Counted from the stretch's first letter, positions 1 to 8,082 are shown. The stretch is 37,274 nucleotides of DNA from Bacteroidales bacterium (GCA_031287245.1 JAITTD010000068.1:1-37274); one strand, 5' to 3'. Translations and numbers: made by a program. The notes: generated by a model not told the origin, from the sequence alone.

Positions 1-119
1 GTAAAATCAAGTTCGAGCACTTCCTCGCCGATGATGGCGGAAATGAATTTTTTGGCAACCTTGCTGTCTTCCATCATAAACTTGAAGACCACATCGTATA
101 TCGGATTGGCTATCTGCAT
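1..119 (-). CDS. 5' fragment (39 codons, runs off the window) of a gene. The N-terminus MQIANPIYDVVFKFMMEDSKVAKKFISAIIGEEVLELDF resembles PD-(D/E)XK nuclease-family 'transposase-like' proteins of Bacteroidota.
   Basis: ATG at 117-119 (minus) lies 22 nt downstream of a TACTTTTG -7 box. The frame is open to the window edge. The family call rests only on remembered N-terminal similarity. Confidence 0.4.
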   Translation of the reverse strand, partial: MQIANPIYDVVFKFMMEDSKVAKKFISAIIGEEVLELDF

Positions 120-138
120 CACTGAAATAAATAAAACA

Positions 139-190
139 GGACAAAAGTAGATAAAAATTTCAGATTTCCAAGCGCATGACATGAAAAAAA
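139..190 (-). promoter_or_regulatory. Promoter-bearing ~50 bp repeat, copy 1. The -7 box TACTTTTG is at 142-149 on the minus strand and faces the gene fragment at 1-119.
   Basis: Read on the minus strand it aligns with 10461-10511 and the reverse complement of 29379-29430: ATGTCAyGCGCTTGGAwATyTGAAAnyTTTyATCTACTTTTGTC. Confidence 0.6.
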
Positions 191-245
191 AATCTTCGAG
201 TGCGTTTTTCAATAAAAAAGTACTTGTAAATATTGAAAATATACC

Positions 246-253
246 TATATTTG
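246..253 (+). promoter_or_regulatory. -7 promoter box TATATTTG for the recQ-family gene
   Basis: Matches the Bacteroidota TAnnTTTG consensus and lies 4 nt before the ATG at 258, implying a leaderless or very short-leader mRNA. Confidence 0.5.
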
Positions 254-257
254 CAGA

Positions 258-2123
258 ATGTACGATATTCATGCCATACTGAAGGAACATTGGGGTTACG
301 ACACATTTCGCCCTATGCAAGAGGATATCATCCGCTCGGCGCTTGAAGGTCGCGACACATTGGCGCTGATGCCCACCGGCGGCGGCAAATCCATCACTTT
401 TCAGGTGCCTGCCATGGCGATGGATGGTATCTGCATCGTTGTTACTCCCCTGATAGCCTTGATGAAAGACCAGGTGGAGAACCTCAAAAAACTGCGCATC
501 AAGGCAGTGGCTATTTTTTCGGGACTCACCGCCCGCGAAATGGATATTGAACTGAACAATTGCGTTTTCGGCGGGTACAAATTTCTGTATGTGTCGCCCG
601 AACGCTTGGGCACAGATGTGTTCCAAACGCGCGTCAAACAGATGAAGGTGAATCTGCTGGTGGTGGACGAGGCGCACTGTATCTCGCAGTGGGGCTACGA
701 TTTTCGCCCCTCATACCTTGCAATAGCCGACCTGCGCGACATATTGCCTTCGGAAGTGCCGGTGTTGGCGGTAACAGCAACGGCAACCGCCAAGGTAGTG
801 GGCGACATACAGGCGAAACTTCGTTTTCGAAAGCCAAACGTGCTGAAAACGAGTTTTGAGCGAAAAAATCTGGTCTATTTGGTGAGGCAGACGGAAGATA
901 AACTGCATTATTTGCTGAAAACCCTGCAACGATTTCCCGGAAGCGGCATCATTTACGCCAGAAACCGCAGAAAGACCAGCGATGTAGCAAAATTTCTGCA
1001 AGAAAACGGCATCAATGCGGATTTTTATCATGCCGGCTTGAATACGGAAGTGCGCTCGGAAAAGCAGGACAGGTGGAAAGAGGGACTTTGCCGCATCATC
1101 GTAGCCACCAACGCATTCGGCATGGGTATTGACAAGCCCGACGTGCGTTTCGTTATCCATATTGACCCGCCTGACACCTTGGAAGCCTATTTTCAGGAGG
1201 CAGGGCGGGCAGGACGCGACCTGCAAAAGTCGTATGCCGTGCTGCTGTATGAAAAAGCCGATGAGAACAAACTCAACCAGCGGTTGCGTGTCAGTTTCCC
1301 CGAGCCGGATGTCATTCGCCGCGTTTATCAGGCTTTGGGCAATTTTCTGCAAGTACCCATCGGCGGCGGACGCGATATGCCGCTTGATTTTTCTTTGGAA
1401 AAGTTTTCAGCCGTTTTCCACTTTGAACAACTGTCTGTTTATCACGCGCTGAAACTCATTGAACGAGAGGGATTCATTCAATACAATGAAGACCCCAAAA
1501 TGGCGGCTAAGGTGATTTTTCTCGTGCAGCGAGATGATTTGTACAAATTTCAGGTGGCGAACGAAACTTTCGATCAATTCATTAAAATATTGCTGCGTTC
1601 CTATTCGGGATTTTTTTCCGAATACGTCAGCATCAGTGAGGAATTGCTGGCGCGTCATGCCAAAGTGACCATCGAGGTGATTTACGACTTCCTCCAAAAA
1701 CTGGACAAGATGAAAATAATTGATTACATCCCGCGAAGGAAACAGTCGATGATTACCTATACCCGCGAAAGGATTGACGATAAGTATCTTAACATTTCCA
1801 CCGCCAATTACAAAGTCCGCAAGGACATTATGCAGGCAAATCTGGCAGCGGTGATGCGTTATGCCAACGAAAAGGAATGCTGCCGAAGCATGATGCTGCT
1901 GGAATATTTCGGCGAGAAAAACCTGCGCCCGTGTGGGCAATGCGATTATTGCATACAGCAAAAAGAGCAGGAAATCACCGATGAAGAATGGGCATGTGTG
2001 GCAAACGCTTTGCAGGCAGGGCAAGCAGCCGATGCGGAACAACTTGGCAAAAATTTGGGAATGAAAGAACATAAAATCATAGAAATACTGCGTACAATGC
2101 GGGATAACGAAAAAATAACTTAA
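258..2123 (+). CDS. recQ: RecQ-family ATP-dependent DNA helicase
   Basis: 621 aa ORF with helicase motif I (MPTGGGKS), a DEAH box followed by the RecQ-typical VVDEAHCISQWGYDFRPSY, motif VI (QEAGRAGRD) and a C-terminal Cys cluster (CCRS...CGQCDYC). Confidence 0.9.
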   Translation: MYDIHAILKEHWGYDTFRPMQEDIIRSALEGRDTLALMPTGGGKSITFQVPAMAMDGICIVVTPLIALMKDQVENLKKLRIKAVAIFSGLTAREMDIELNNCVFGGYKFLYVSPERLGTDVFQTRVKQMKVNLLVVDEAHCISQWGYDFRPSYLAIADLRDILPSEVPVLAVTATATAKVVGDIQAKLRFRKPNVLKTSFERKNLVYLVRQTEDKLHYLLKTLQRFPGSGIIYARNRRKTSDVAKFLQENGINADFYHAGLNTEVRSEKQDRWKEGLCRIIVATNAFGMGIDKPDVRFVIHIDPPDTLEAYFQEAGRAGRDLQKSYAVLLYEKADENKLNQRLRVSFPEPDVIRRVYQALGNFLQVPIGGGRDMPLDFSLEKFSAVFHFEQLSVYHALKLIEREGFIQYNEDPKMAAKVIFLVQRDDLYKFQVANETFDQFIKILLRSYSGFFSEYVSISEELLARHAKVTIEVIYDFLQKLDKMKIIDYIPRRKQSMITYTRERIDDKYLNISTANYKVRKDIMQANLAAVMRYANEKECCRSMMLLEYFGEKNLRPCGQCDYCIQQKEQEITDEEWACVANALQAGQAADAEQLGKNLGMKEHKIIEILRTMRDNEKIT

Positions 2124-2208
2124 AATTTCGTCATTTATTTAGTTTTTTTCAAAAACATTCACTATTTTTGTGAGCGAAAAATAATAAAATTATCAATTCA
2201 ACTTTTTT

Positions 2209-3417
2209 ATGGCAAATAATATTTCAAAACTTGACACGCCGCAATTAAAAGATATAGCGCTGTCACTTCAAAGCAAGGTAGAAACGGGTCTGAGTACAGA
2301 AAATTCGGAGGTACAATGTATTCCGACTTTTATCACACCTAAAACGACCGGTATTTCAGGTAAAGCCGTTGTTTTAGACCTCGGCGGAACCAATTATCGT
2401 GTAGCAAAAGTGGATTTTTCGGGTAAGGAACCCTCCATCCATCCCGACAACGGTTGGAAGATAGATCTTCAAGTGATGAAAACGCCCGGTTTCACGGAGC
2501 AGGATTTGTTTCGCGAACAGGCAGACCCTATCGGCGAAATCAAGATAGAGGAAAGCCTGCCCATCGGTTATTGCTTCTCGTATCCGGCAGAATCCTTGCC
2601 CAACGGCGATGCCAAGTTGCTGCGCTGGACAAAAGGCGTTAATATCAAGGAAATGATAGGCAAACCCATCGGGCAGCCTTTTGTAGAGTATCTGAACAGC
2701 AAGAAGGGCGGCAAATTCACAGGAGTAAAGGTCATCAACGACACGGTTGCCAGTCTGTTTGCCGGTCTTACCAAAAGCGGCTACGATGCGTACATCGGAC
2801 TGATTGTGGGTACGGGCACCAATATGGCTACTTTCATTCGTGCCGACAAAATCAAAAAACTGAATCCTGCGCTGGGCATAACAGGCTTGATTCCGGTCAA
2901 TTTGGAATCAGGCAATTTCAATCCGCCCCATTTGTCGGAAGTGGATAATGTGGTGGATAAAAACTCGGATAATACGGGCGCTCAACGCTTTGAGAAAGCC
3001 GTATCAGGCATGTATCTGGGCGAAATCCTGAAAAGCGCGTTCCCGACCGATGAATTTGAATCCAAGTTTGATGCTCAGAAATTGACCACCATCCTGAGTT
3101 ATCCCGACATTTACAAAGACGAGTACGTGGACGCTGCCCGCAATATCTACGAAAGGTCGGCTCAACTCGTTGCTGCCTCGCTGGCAGGGCTGGTAGAAGT
3201 GCTGGTGACGCACGACCCCTCGGTTAAAAAAGTACGTTTGACAGCAGAGGGCAGCCTCTTTTGGAGCAAAAACAAGAATGGCAAGAGTTACGTGGAATTG
3301 GTATCCGGAGTGCTTGACCTGCTGTTAGCCGAATTGGGGCATAAAGATGTTCATGTGGACATTACCCAGATGGACAACGCCAACCTTATTGGCACAGCGA
3401 TTGCAGCCCTTTCGTAA
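2209..3417 (+). CDS. Hexokinase-family sugar kinase (eukaryote-type hexokinase fold)
   Basis: 402 aa. LDLGGTNYRV, IGYCFSYPAE and VINDTVASL match the hexokinase signatures DLGGTNFRV, LGFTFSFP and NDTVGT. Confidence 0.8.
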   Translation: MANNISKLDTPQLKDIALSLQSKVETGLSTENSEVQCIPTFITPKTTGISGKAVVLDLGGTNYRVAKVDFSGKEPSIHPDNGWKIDLQVMKTPGFTEQDLFREQADPIGEIKIEESLPIGYCFSYPAESLPNGDAKLLRWTKGVNIKEMIGKPIGQPFVEYLNSKKGGKFTGVKVINDTVASLFAGLTKSGYDAYIGLIVGTGTNMATFIRADKIKKLNPALGITGLIPVNLESGNFNPPHLSEVDNVVDKNSDNTGAQRFEKAVSGMYLGEILKSAFPTDEFESKFDAQKLTTILSYPDIYKDEYVDAARNIYERSAQLVAASLAGLVEVLVTHDPSVKKVRLTAEGSLFWSKNKNGKSYVELVSGVLDLLLAELGHKDVHVDITQMDNANLIGTAIAALS

Positions 3418-3506
3418 CATGATTTTTTTGAATATTTTAAAAAGGGGGGCATTGAAACTGTCCTCTTTTTTATTATTTACGTTACTTGCGGCACAATATT
3501 TGCGTA

Positions 3507-5201
3507 ATGTTATTAAAGTTTAGTCACTTGCATTTGAAACTGAAACATATCGCCTTTGTATTTCTGTTTTGTCTGACAACCGTTGTTGCTCAGGCACAGG
3601 AAGTTGATAGTATAATTCAACAGGTTGATTCGCTGTCGAATCAACCCGAAAAAGCGTTGTCATTACTGAATAAGGCAATTGAAATGAATCCCGAATCGGA
3701 AGAACTGCTGAAAGTGCGGGCAGAAACCTATTCCCACCTCAAACAATATGGTAAAGCGGCTGATGATTTTTTTAAAATGACTAAAATTTCGCCTGACGAA
3801 GAACTGTACTGGTACCAGTTAGGGCGCAATCTGTACGAAGACAAGCAATATGCCAATGCGATACCCGCTTTGGACCGTGCGATAAAACTCAACGCTCAAT
3901 ATTTGCCGGCATATCACACCAAAATACAGGCGCTATTGGCGCAGGACAAGCCTGAAGAGGCGCTCAAAACGAGCAATTCCACGTTGAAGATAGGCGAAAC
4001 AGCCATGAACTATTTTCTGCAAGGCGAGGTGAACAAGCGGCTGAACGCCCGTCAGCAAGCAGAATGGGCTTATACGAAAGCCACCAAATTGGACAACGGG
4101 TTTATCAATGCTTTCATTGCACTGAGCAACCTGTCGGCAGATATGAACAAAACGCAAGAAGCCTTGGAAAACGCAGATGCGGCACTGGCAATCCATCCCG
4201 AATCTGCCGACGCCATGCTTGCCCGAAGCAGAGGGCTGATGCTCAACAAACAGTACAACGACGCTATTGACGACGCCACCGACGTCATCAAAAAGAACCC
4301 TGACAATGTGCAGGCACACTATTGGAGAGGGATTTATTACCGCGAAGTGAACAAAAATCAGGAGGCTTTGAATGATTTTGAATGGGTGTTGAAAGCAGAA
4401 CCGTCCAATTGGCGGGCTGTGGCAGGCAGAGCTGACAGTTATGCCGGAATAGGAAATAAGGACAAGGCTGTGGCAGAGTATAAAAAAATGCTGACTGATG
4501 CAGCATCCTTTGCCGATAAAAACGCTATCATAAAACTGGCTAATGAACGCATTTTCGAGTTAAACCGCGAAAATCACGCGCCGCAATTAGTGATAGCAGG
4601 CGTTTCAACGGAAAACTTTGATATGATGGTGCCCGATACATTGGCTACCCTCACGCTGACGGGAAAAATCACGGATGAAAGTCCCATCGGCAAATTGCTC
4701 ATCAACAATAAAGAAGTGCCCGTCAAAGCGATAGACGGCGGGTATGAATTTACGGCAACGGTGAATGTAGCCAATCTGAAAGAAATTCAATTGGAAGTGT
4801 CTGATGTTTACAACAATATCAACAAGTTGGCATATCAATTGGTGAAATCCGAAACCGGCAAGCCGCAAATTACGCTTTTCACACCGAAATCCGATGAAAA
4901 AGGCGTGGTTTTGATTACTGCCGACAATTCGTCCACTTTGTATATTGAAGGCAAAATTACCGATGCGAGCAATATCGTTTCCATCAAAATTGACGGGAAG
5001 GCGATTGATTTCGACCACGACAGCCTTAATCCCGCTTTTTCGACCACGATAGACATTCATAATAAAACCCAAATTTCCATTTTGGCTGCCGACGTTTACG
5101 GAAATACGGCAGAACATGTTTTTACCATTGAAAGACCTTCGGAACTGAACAGTACCAATGTGGCAACGCAACAGTCATCGCAAAATGTATCCATTTTATA
5201 A
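3507..5201 (+). CDS. Secreted TPR-repeat protein with two C-terminal beta-rich repeated domains
   Basis: The ATG at 3507 gives a signal-like N-terminus (MLLKFSHLHLKLKHIAFVFLFCLTTVVAQAQ). Multiple TPR-like repeats follow (..A..Y..AI.LNP..). Two similar C-terminal segments are present (LTGKITDESPIGKLLINNKEV / IEGKITDASNIVSIKIDGKAI). Confidence 0.8.
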   Translation: MLLKFSHLHLKLKHIAFVFLFCLTTVVAQAQEVDSIIQQVDSLSNQPEKALSLLNKAIEMNPESEELLKVRAETYSHLKQYGKAADDFFKMTKISPDEELYWYQLGRNLYEDKQYANAIPALDRAIKLNAQYLPAYHTKIQALLAQDKPEEALKTSNSTLKIGETAMNYFLQGEVNKRLNARQQAEWAYTKATKLDNGFINAFIALSNLSADMNKTQEALENADAALAIHPESADAMLARSRGLMLNKQYNDAIDDATDVIKKNPDNVQAHYWRGIYYREVNKNQEALNDFEWVLKAEPSNWRAVAGRADSYAGIGNKDKAVAEYKKMLTDAASFADKNAIIKLANERIFELNRENHAPQLVIAGVSTENFDMMVPDTLATLTLTGKITDESPIGKLLINNKEVPVKAIDGGYEFTATVNVANLKEIQLEVSDVYNNINKLAYQLVKSETGKPQITLFTPKSDEKGVVLITADNSSTLYIEGKITDASNIVSIKIDGKAIDFDHDSLNPAFSTTIDIHNKTQISILAADVYGNTAEHVFTIERPSELNSTNVATQQSSQNVSIL

Positions 5202-5208
5202 CCTTCCA

Positions 5209-6507
5209 ATGAATCCAATTGTTAATCCGCAATTAATGCACCCGAGCGACCAGATCACCACGGTCATTCGCAGAATCTATGAACGAAGTCTGACCACTAC
5301 GTCGGGCGGAAACCTTTCCATTATCGACGAAAGCGGCGATATATGGGTAACACCTGCTGCTGTAGATAAGGGTTCCCTGACCTCGGCGGACATCATGCAG
5401 GTGAAACGGGACGGGACGATGATCGGCAAGCACAAACCCTCGTCTGAATATCCGTTCCACAAGGCGATTTTTGAATCGCGTTCCGACATCAAAGCCATCA
5501 TTCATGCACACCCGCCTGCCCTGGTTTCGTTCAGCATTGCTCACCAGATACCCAACCCCAACGTGATTTCGCAGGCAAAACACATCTGCGGACCGATAGG
5601 ATACGCCACTTATGAGGTTCCGGGAAGTCAGGCTTTGGGCAAACGCATTGGCGAAGAGTTCAAAAAGGGTTACAATGCAGTGATTTTGGAAAATCACGGT
5701 ACCGTTGTAGGCGGAAAAGATATTAACGAGGCTTTTCAACGCTTTGAAACGCTCGAATTTAGCGCCCGCGCCATCATTTACGGACAAAAAATAGGCGATA
5801 TCAAGTATCTGACCGACGAGCAGATTGAGCAATATGAGCAGCAATTTCTCGAACTGCTGCCCGAGCAGACCGCTGCCGCCTATCCGTCGGATGAACGGAA
5901 AATACGTACTGAAATTTGTGATATAGTGCATCGCGCTTGCCGTCAGGGATTGATGGTGAGTTCGTATGGCACTGTTTCCGTGCGCTGGCGCGACAACGAT
6001 TTTCTCATTACGCCCACCAATGTGGCGCGATGGAATATGGATTTGCAGGACATTGTGCAGATAAAAGACGGGAAACGCGAAAAGGGCAAGACACCCAGTC
6101 GTGTGGCGTGGCTGCATCAGGAAATTTACAACCGCTATCCGCATATCAACTCTATCATTCTTACGCAACCGCCGTATCTGATGGCGTTTGGCGCTACCCA
6201 CAAGGTGCTGGATGTGCGTACCATTCCCGAAAGTTGGATTTTCCTGCAAGACGTGCCTCTGATGCCCTTTGGTTCGCATTTTCGCGGGAAAACCGAGATT
6301 GTGGAAAAACTGGCAGAGGGAATGCCCGCTATTATCATCGAAAACGATTCGGTGCTGGTGACCGGCGACAAACTTCTGCAAACCTTCGACCGCTTGGAAG
6401 TGGCGGAATTTAGTGCGCAATCACTGGTGCTGGCTTCGTCTATCGGTCAGTTGCATCCTATCAACGCGCAACAGATTGAAGACCTGCGCGAAGTGTTCCT
6501 GAAATGA
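5209..6507 (+). CDS. Class II aldolase/adducin-family protein with two tandem aldolase-like domains
   Basis: The ATG at 5209 lies just after the upstream stop at 5201. Domain 1 carries the IHAHP and ENHGTV His motifs of class II aldolases. Domain 2 aligns by eye but has ILTQPP and IENDSVLV at those positions. Confidence 0.8.
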   Translation: MNPIVNPQLMHPSDQITTVIRRIYERSLTTTSGGNLSIIDESGDIWVTPAAVDKGSLTSADIMQVKRDGTMIGKHKPSSEYPFHKAIFESRSDIKAIIHAHPPALVSFSIAHQIPNPNVISQAKHICGPIGYATYEVPGSQALGKRIGEEFKKGYNAVILENHGTVVGGKDINEAFQRFETLEFSARAIIYGQKIGDIKYLTDEQIEQYEQQFLELLPEQTAAAYPSDERKIRTEICDIVHRACRQGLMVSSYGTVSVRWRDNDFLITPTNVARWNMDLQDIVQIKDGKREKGKTPSRVAWLHQEIYNRYPHINSIILTQPPYLMAFGATHKVLDVRTIPESWIFLQDVPLMPFGSHFRGKTEIVEKLAEGMPAIIIENDSVLVTGDKLLQTFDRLEVAEFSAQSLVLASSIGQLHPINAQQIEDLREVFLK

Positions 6508-6514
6508 AGAAATG

Positions 6515-6596
6515 GTGAGACATAGTGAGACAGTGGTGAGACATAGTGAGACAATTGTATCACTATATCTCACTACTGAATCACAACTGAATCAGC
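6515..6596. repeat. Bipartite helical-period tandem array, locus A: 4 GTGAGACA-type units followed by about 4 (G/T)ATCAC/TCTCAC-type units
   Basis: Direct reading: gtgagacata gtgagacagtg gtgagacata gtgagacaatt gtatcactata tctcactac tgaatcacaac tgaatcagc. Confidence 0.9.
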
Positions 6597-6610
6597 AGGA
6601 TGATTTCTTC

Positions 6611-6662
6611 AATTGACAATTGACAATGAAAATGTACCGTGGCTGGGATGCAGATAATTCCT
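6611..6662 (+). repeat. ~52 bp direct repeat, left copy (AATTGACAATTGACAATGAAAATGTACCGTGGCTGGGATGCAGATAATTCCT)
   Basis: Aligns with 7990-8042 with 4 mismatches and 1 indel by eye. Shorter related cores are at 33678-33700 and, inverted, at 29243-29286. Confidence 0.85.
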
Positions 6663-6715
6663 CAATTTCTTCATTTCTCAATTCCTTCATTTCTAAAAAA
6701 ATGCTTATCTTTGCG
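6661..6715 (+). promoter_or_regulatory. Portable promoter module, copy A: CTCAATTTCTTCATTTCTCAATTCCTTCATTTCTAAAAAAATGCTTATCTTTGC, with -7 box TATCTTTG at 6706-6713
   Basis: Nearly identical to 7005-7057 (3 mismatches by eye). Lies 24 nt upstream of the ATG at 6738. A truncated copy is at about 33517-33548 and an inverted relative at about 33373-33405. Confidence 0.7.
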
Positions 6716-6737
6716 GAAGAATTTAAAAAAGAAGGTT

Positions 6738-6959
6738 ATGGTAGCAACAACATTAAATCCAACGCAACTGCATTTATTGCAAATGTTTTCGCACTTGAAA
6801 GACGAGCAAAATTTGTATGAATTGCGAGAAGTATTGCACGATTATTATTGTAGAAAAGTTGAAGAAGAATCCAAACTCATTTGGAACGAAAAAGGACTGA
6901 GCAACGAGATAATGAATGAATGGTTGAATACGCATATAAGAACACCTTACAAACAATGA
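6738..6959 (+). CDS. Small (73 aa) helical protein, possibly an orphan antitoxin-like component
   Basis: The ATG at 6738 lies behind the -7 box. The stop overlaps a downstream ATG as ATGA, a layout typical of toxin-antitoxin pairs. The antitoxin idea rests on remembered similarity to small Bacteroidota proteins encoded upstream of PIN toxins. Confidence 0.5.
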   Translation: MVATTLNPTQLHLLQMFSHLKDEQNLYELREVLHDYYCRKVEEESKLIWNEKGLSNEIMNEWLNTHIRTPYKQ

Positions 6960-6994
6960 AAATTGTTCTTGCTGTCAGGTCGAGGCGACCCTGA
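6956..6994 (+). pseudogene. 12-codon remnant (MKIVLAVRSRRP*) that may be the truncated 5' end of a partner (PIN-like?) gene
   Basis: The ATGA overlap with the upstream stop is preserved. MKIVL resembles common PIN-toxin starts. The frame then runs into a GC-rich hairpin and stops. Confidence 0.3.
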
Positions 6995-6997
6995 CAG
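6972..6997. repeat. GC-rich hairpin CTGTCAGG-N10-CCTGACAG, related to the 43 bp repeat family at 33267-33367
   Basis: 8 bp perfect inverted repeat. It shares CCTGACAGG and (T/C)CG(A/-)GGCGAC strings with the 43 bp units. Confidence 0.7.
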
Positions 6998-7004
6998 GTC
7001 TTAC

Positions 7005-7057
7005 CTCAATTCCTTCATTTCTCAATTTCTTCATTTCTAAAAAATTGCTTATCTTTG
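7005..7057 (+). promoter_or_regulatory. Portable promoter module, copy B (-7 box TATCTTTG at 7050-7057)
   Basis: Near-identical to 6661-6715. Lies 20 nt upstream of the ATG at 7078. Confidence 0.7.
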
Positions 7058-7077
7058 CAGGGTAAAAAACAAAGGAT

Positions 7078-7311
7078 ATGACCACAAAACTGGATAAGCA
7101 GACGAGTGATAAGGTAAGTTTCATTACCTTTATCATACCTGAATTTGCAGCGGGGTATAAGATGAATATTCAAAAGGCATATTTATACTTGAAGCAATAT
7201 GGAGGATTGGACTATCTCAACGAGTGCTGGTGGGCATTGCATACCGACAACCCGTATTGGGCAATTAGAGATATGGCAGAAGTTTGTCGCAAGAACGGAG
7301 GAGGATTGTAA
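7078..7311 (+). CDS. DUF3791-like small protein (77 aa)
   Basis: The pattern (...FIIPEFAAGYKMNIQKAYLYLKQYGGLDYLNECWWALHT...VCRKNGG) matches my memory of DUF3791 proteins, which are encoded next to DUF3990 genes. The stop overlaps the next start as TAATG. Confidence 0.65.
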   Translation: MTTKLDKQTSDKVSFITFIIPEFAAGYKMNIQKAYLYLKQYGGLDYLNECWWALHTDNPYWAIRDMAEVCRKNGGGL

Positions 7312-7988
7312 TGCTTGTTTACCACGGCAGTTATACGGAAATCAGAGATATAGACCTTTCGATGACTTCGCCCCGCAAGGATTTTGGCAAAGGGTTTTAT
7401 GTCACAAAATTTCGCAAGCAAGCGGAAGAATGGGCAGAACGAATTGGCAAAAAACACGGTAGTAAAGGCGTAGTTACGGAATTTACCTTTTATGAAAATG
7501 CCTTTATTGACGGAGTTCACAAGGTCTTGCGTTTTGAAGGCTATACCGATGAATGGTTGGATTTTGTCGTTTCAAACAGACGGTTGGATTCGCCCGTTCC
7601 TGCGCACGACTATGACATTGTAGAAGGTCCGGTTGCCGATGATAAGATTTCAAGACACATCACAGCATATATAGATGGGGATATTTTGAAGGAAGACTTT
7701 TTCAAATCCCTCGTTCATCCTGCGCCTACGCATCAGATTTGTTTTTGCACATCCGATTCCTTGCTGATGATTAAACGTCAGGAAGGCATTGATATAAAAT
7801 ATGCCATTTCGAACATCGGCGAGCCGCTTGTAGAGCAACTGATGCTTGACCGGCAAATAGACGAAATAAAAGCCGCCGACCTGTTCTATACCTCGGCAAC
7901 CTTCACCCAACTGGCTGACACCGACACCAAACTCTACGAAAAAGACTGGCAGGAAATCTACCAAATGCTGAAAAAAGAGTTAGTTTAA
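7311..7988 (+). CDS. DUF3990-like protein (225 aa) with a C-terminal helical extension; candidate ADP-ribosyltransferase-fold enzyme
   Basis: The start at 7311 (MLVYHGS...) is preferred over 7284 because of the TAATG coupling. Motifs are VYHGS, GKGFYVT, IVEGPVADD and QICFCT. The GFY motif is the hallmark I recall for DUF3990. Confidence 0.65.
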   Translation: MLVYHGSYTEIRDIDLSMTSPRKDFGKGFYVTKFRKQAEEWAERIGKKHGSKGVVTEFTFYENAFIDGVHKVLRFEGYTDEWLDFVVSNRRLDSPVPAHDYDIVEGPVADDKISRHITAYIDGDILKEDFFKSLVHPAPTHQICFCTSDSLLMIKRQEGIDIKYAISNIGEPLVEQLMLDRQIDEIKAADLFYTSATFTQLADTDTKLYEKDWQEIYQMLKKELV

Positions 7989-7989
7989 A

Positions 7990-8042
7990 AATTGACAGTT
8001 GACAATGAAAAATCTACCGTGGCTGCGATGCAGATAATTTCT
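7990..8042 (+). repeat. ~52 bp direct repeat, right copy
   Basis: AATTGACAGTTGACAATGAAAAATCTACCGTGGCTGCGATGCAGATAATTTCT; see 6611-6662. Confidence 0.85.
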
Positions 8043-8082
8043 AAATTAAAAGTAATCATAAAATCATTCAAAATAATTAAAA

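Noticed and set aside
3418-3506. Possible terminator after the hexokinase gene (AAAAAGGGGGGCATTGAAACTGTCCTCTTTTTT)
   Set aside because: A T-run is present, but I could not form a convincing stem by eye.
5158-5208. Upstream alternative starts given by the ORF track (5158, 3486, 6639, 7284, 13497, 16744, 17473 and 34553)
   Set aside because: They overlap upstream genes or repeats, use TTG, or precede the -7 promoter box. Internal ATGs give canonical N-termini or stop/start coupling.
6611-8042. Calling the repeat-bracketed cassette an IS element, transposon or integron cassette
   Set aside because: There is no transposase or integrase gene, the flanking repeats are direct rather than inverted, and no attC-like symmetry was seen. 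It is reported as a finding instead of being annotated as a mobile element.
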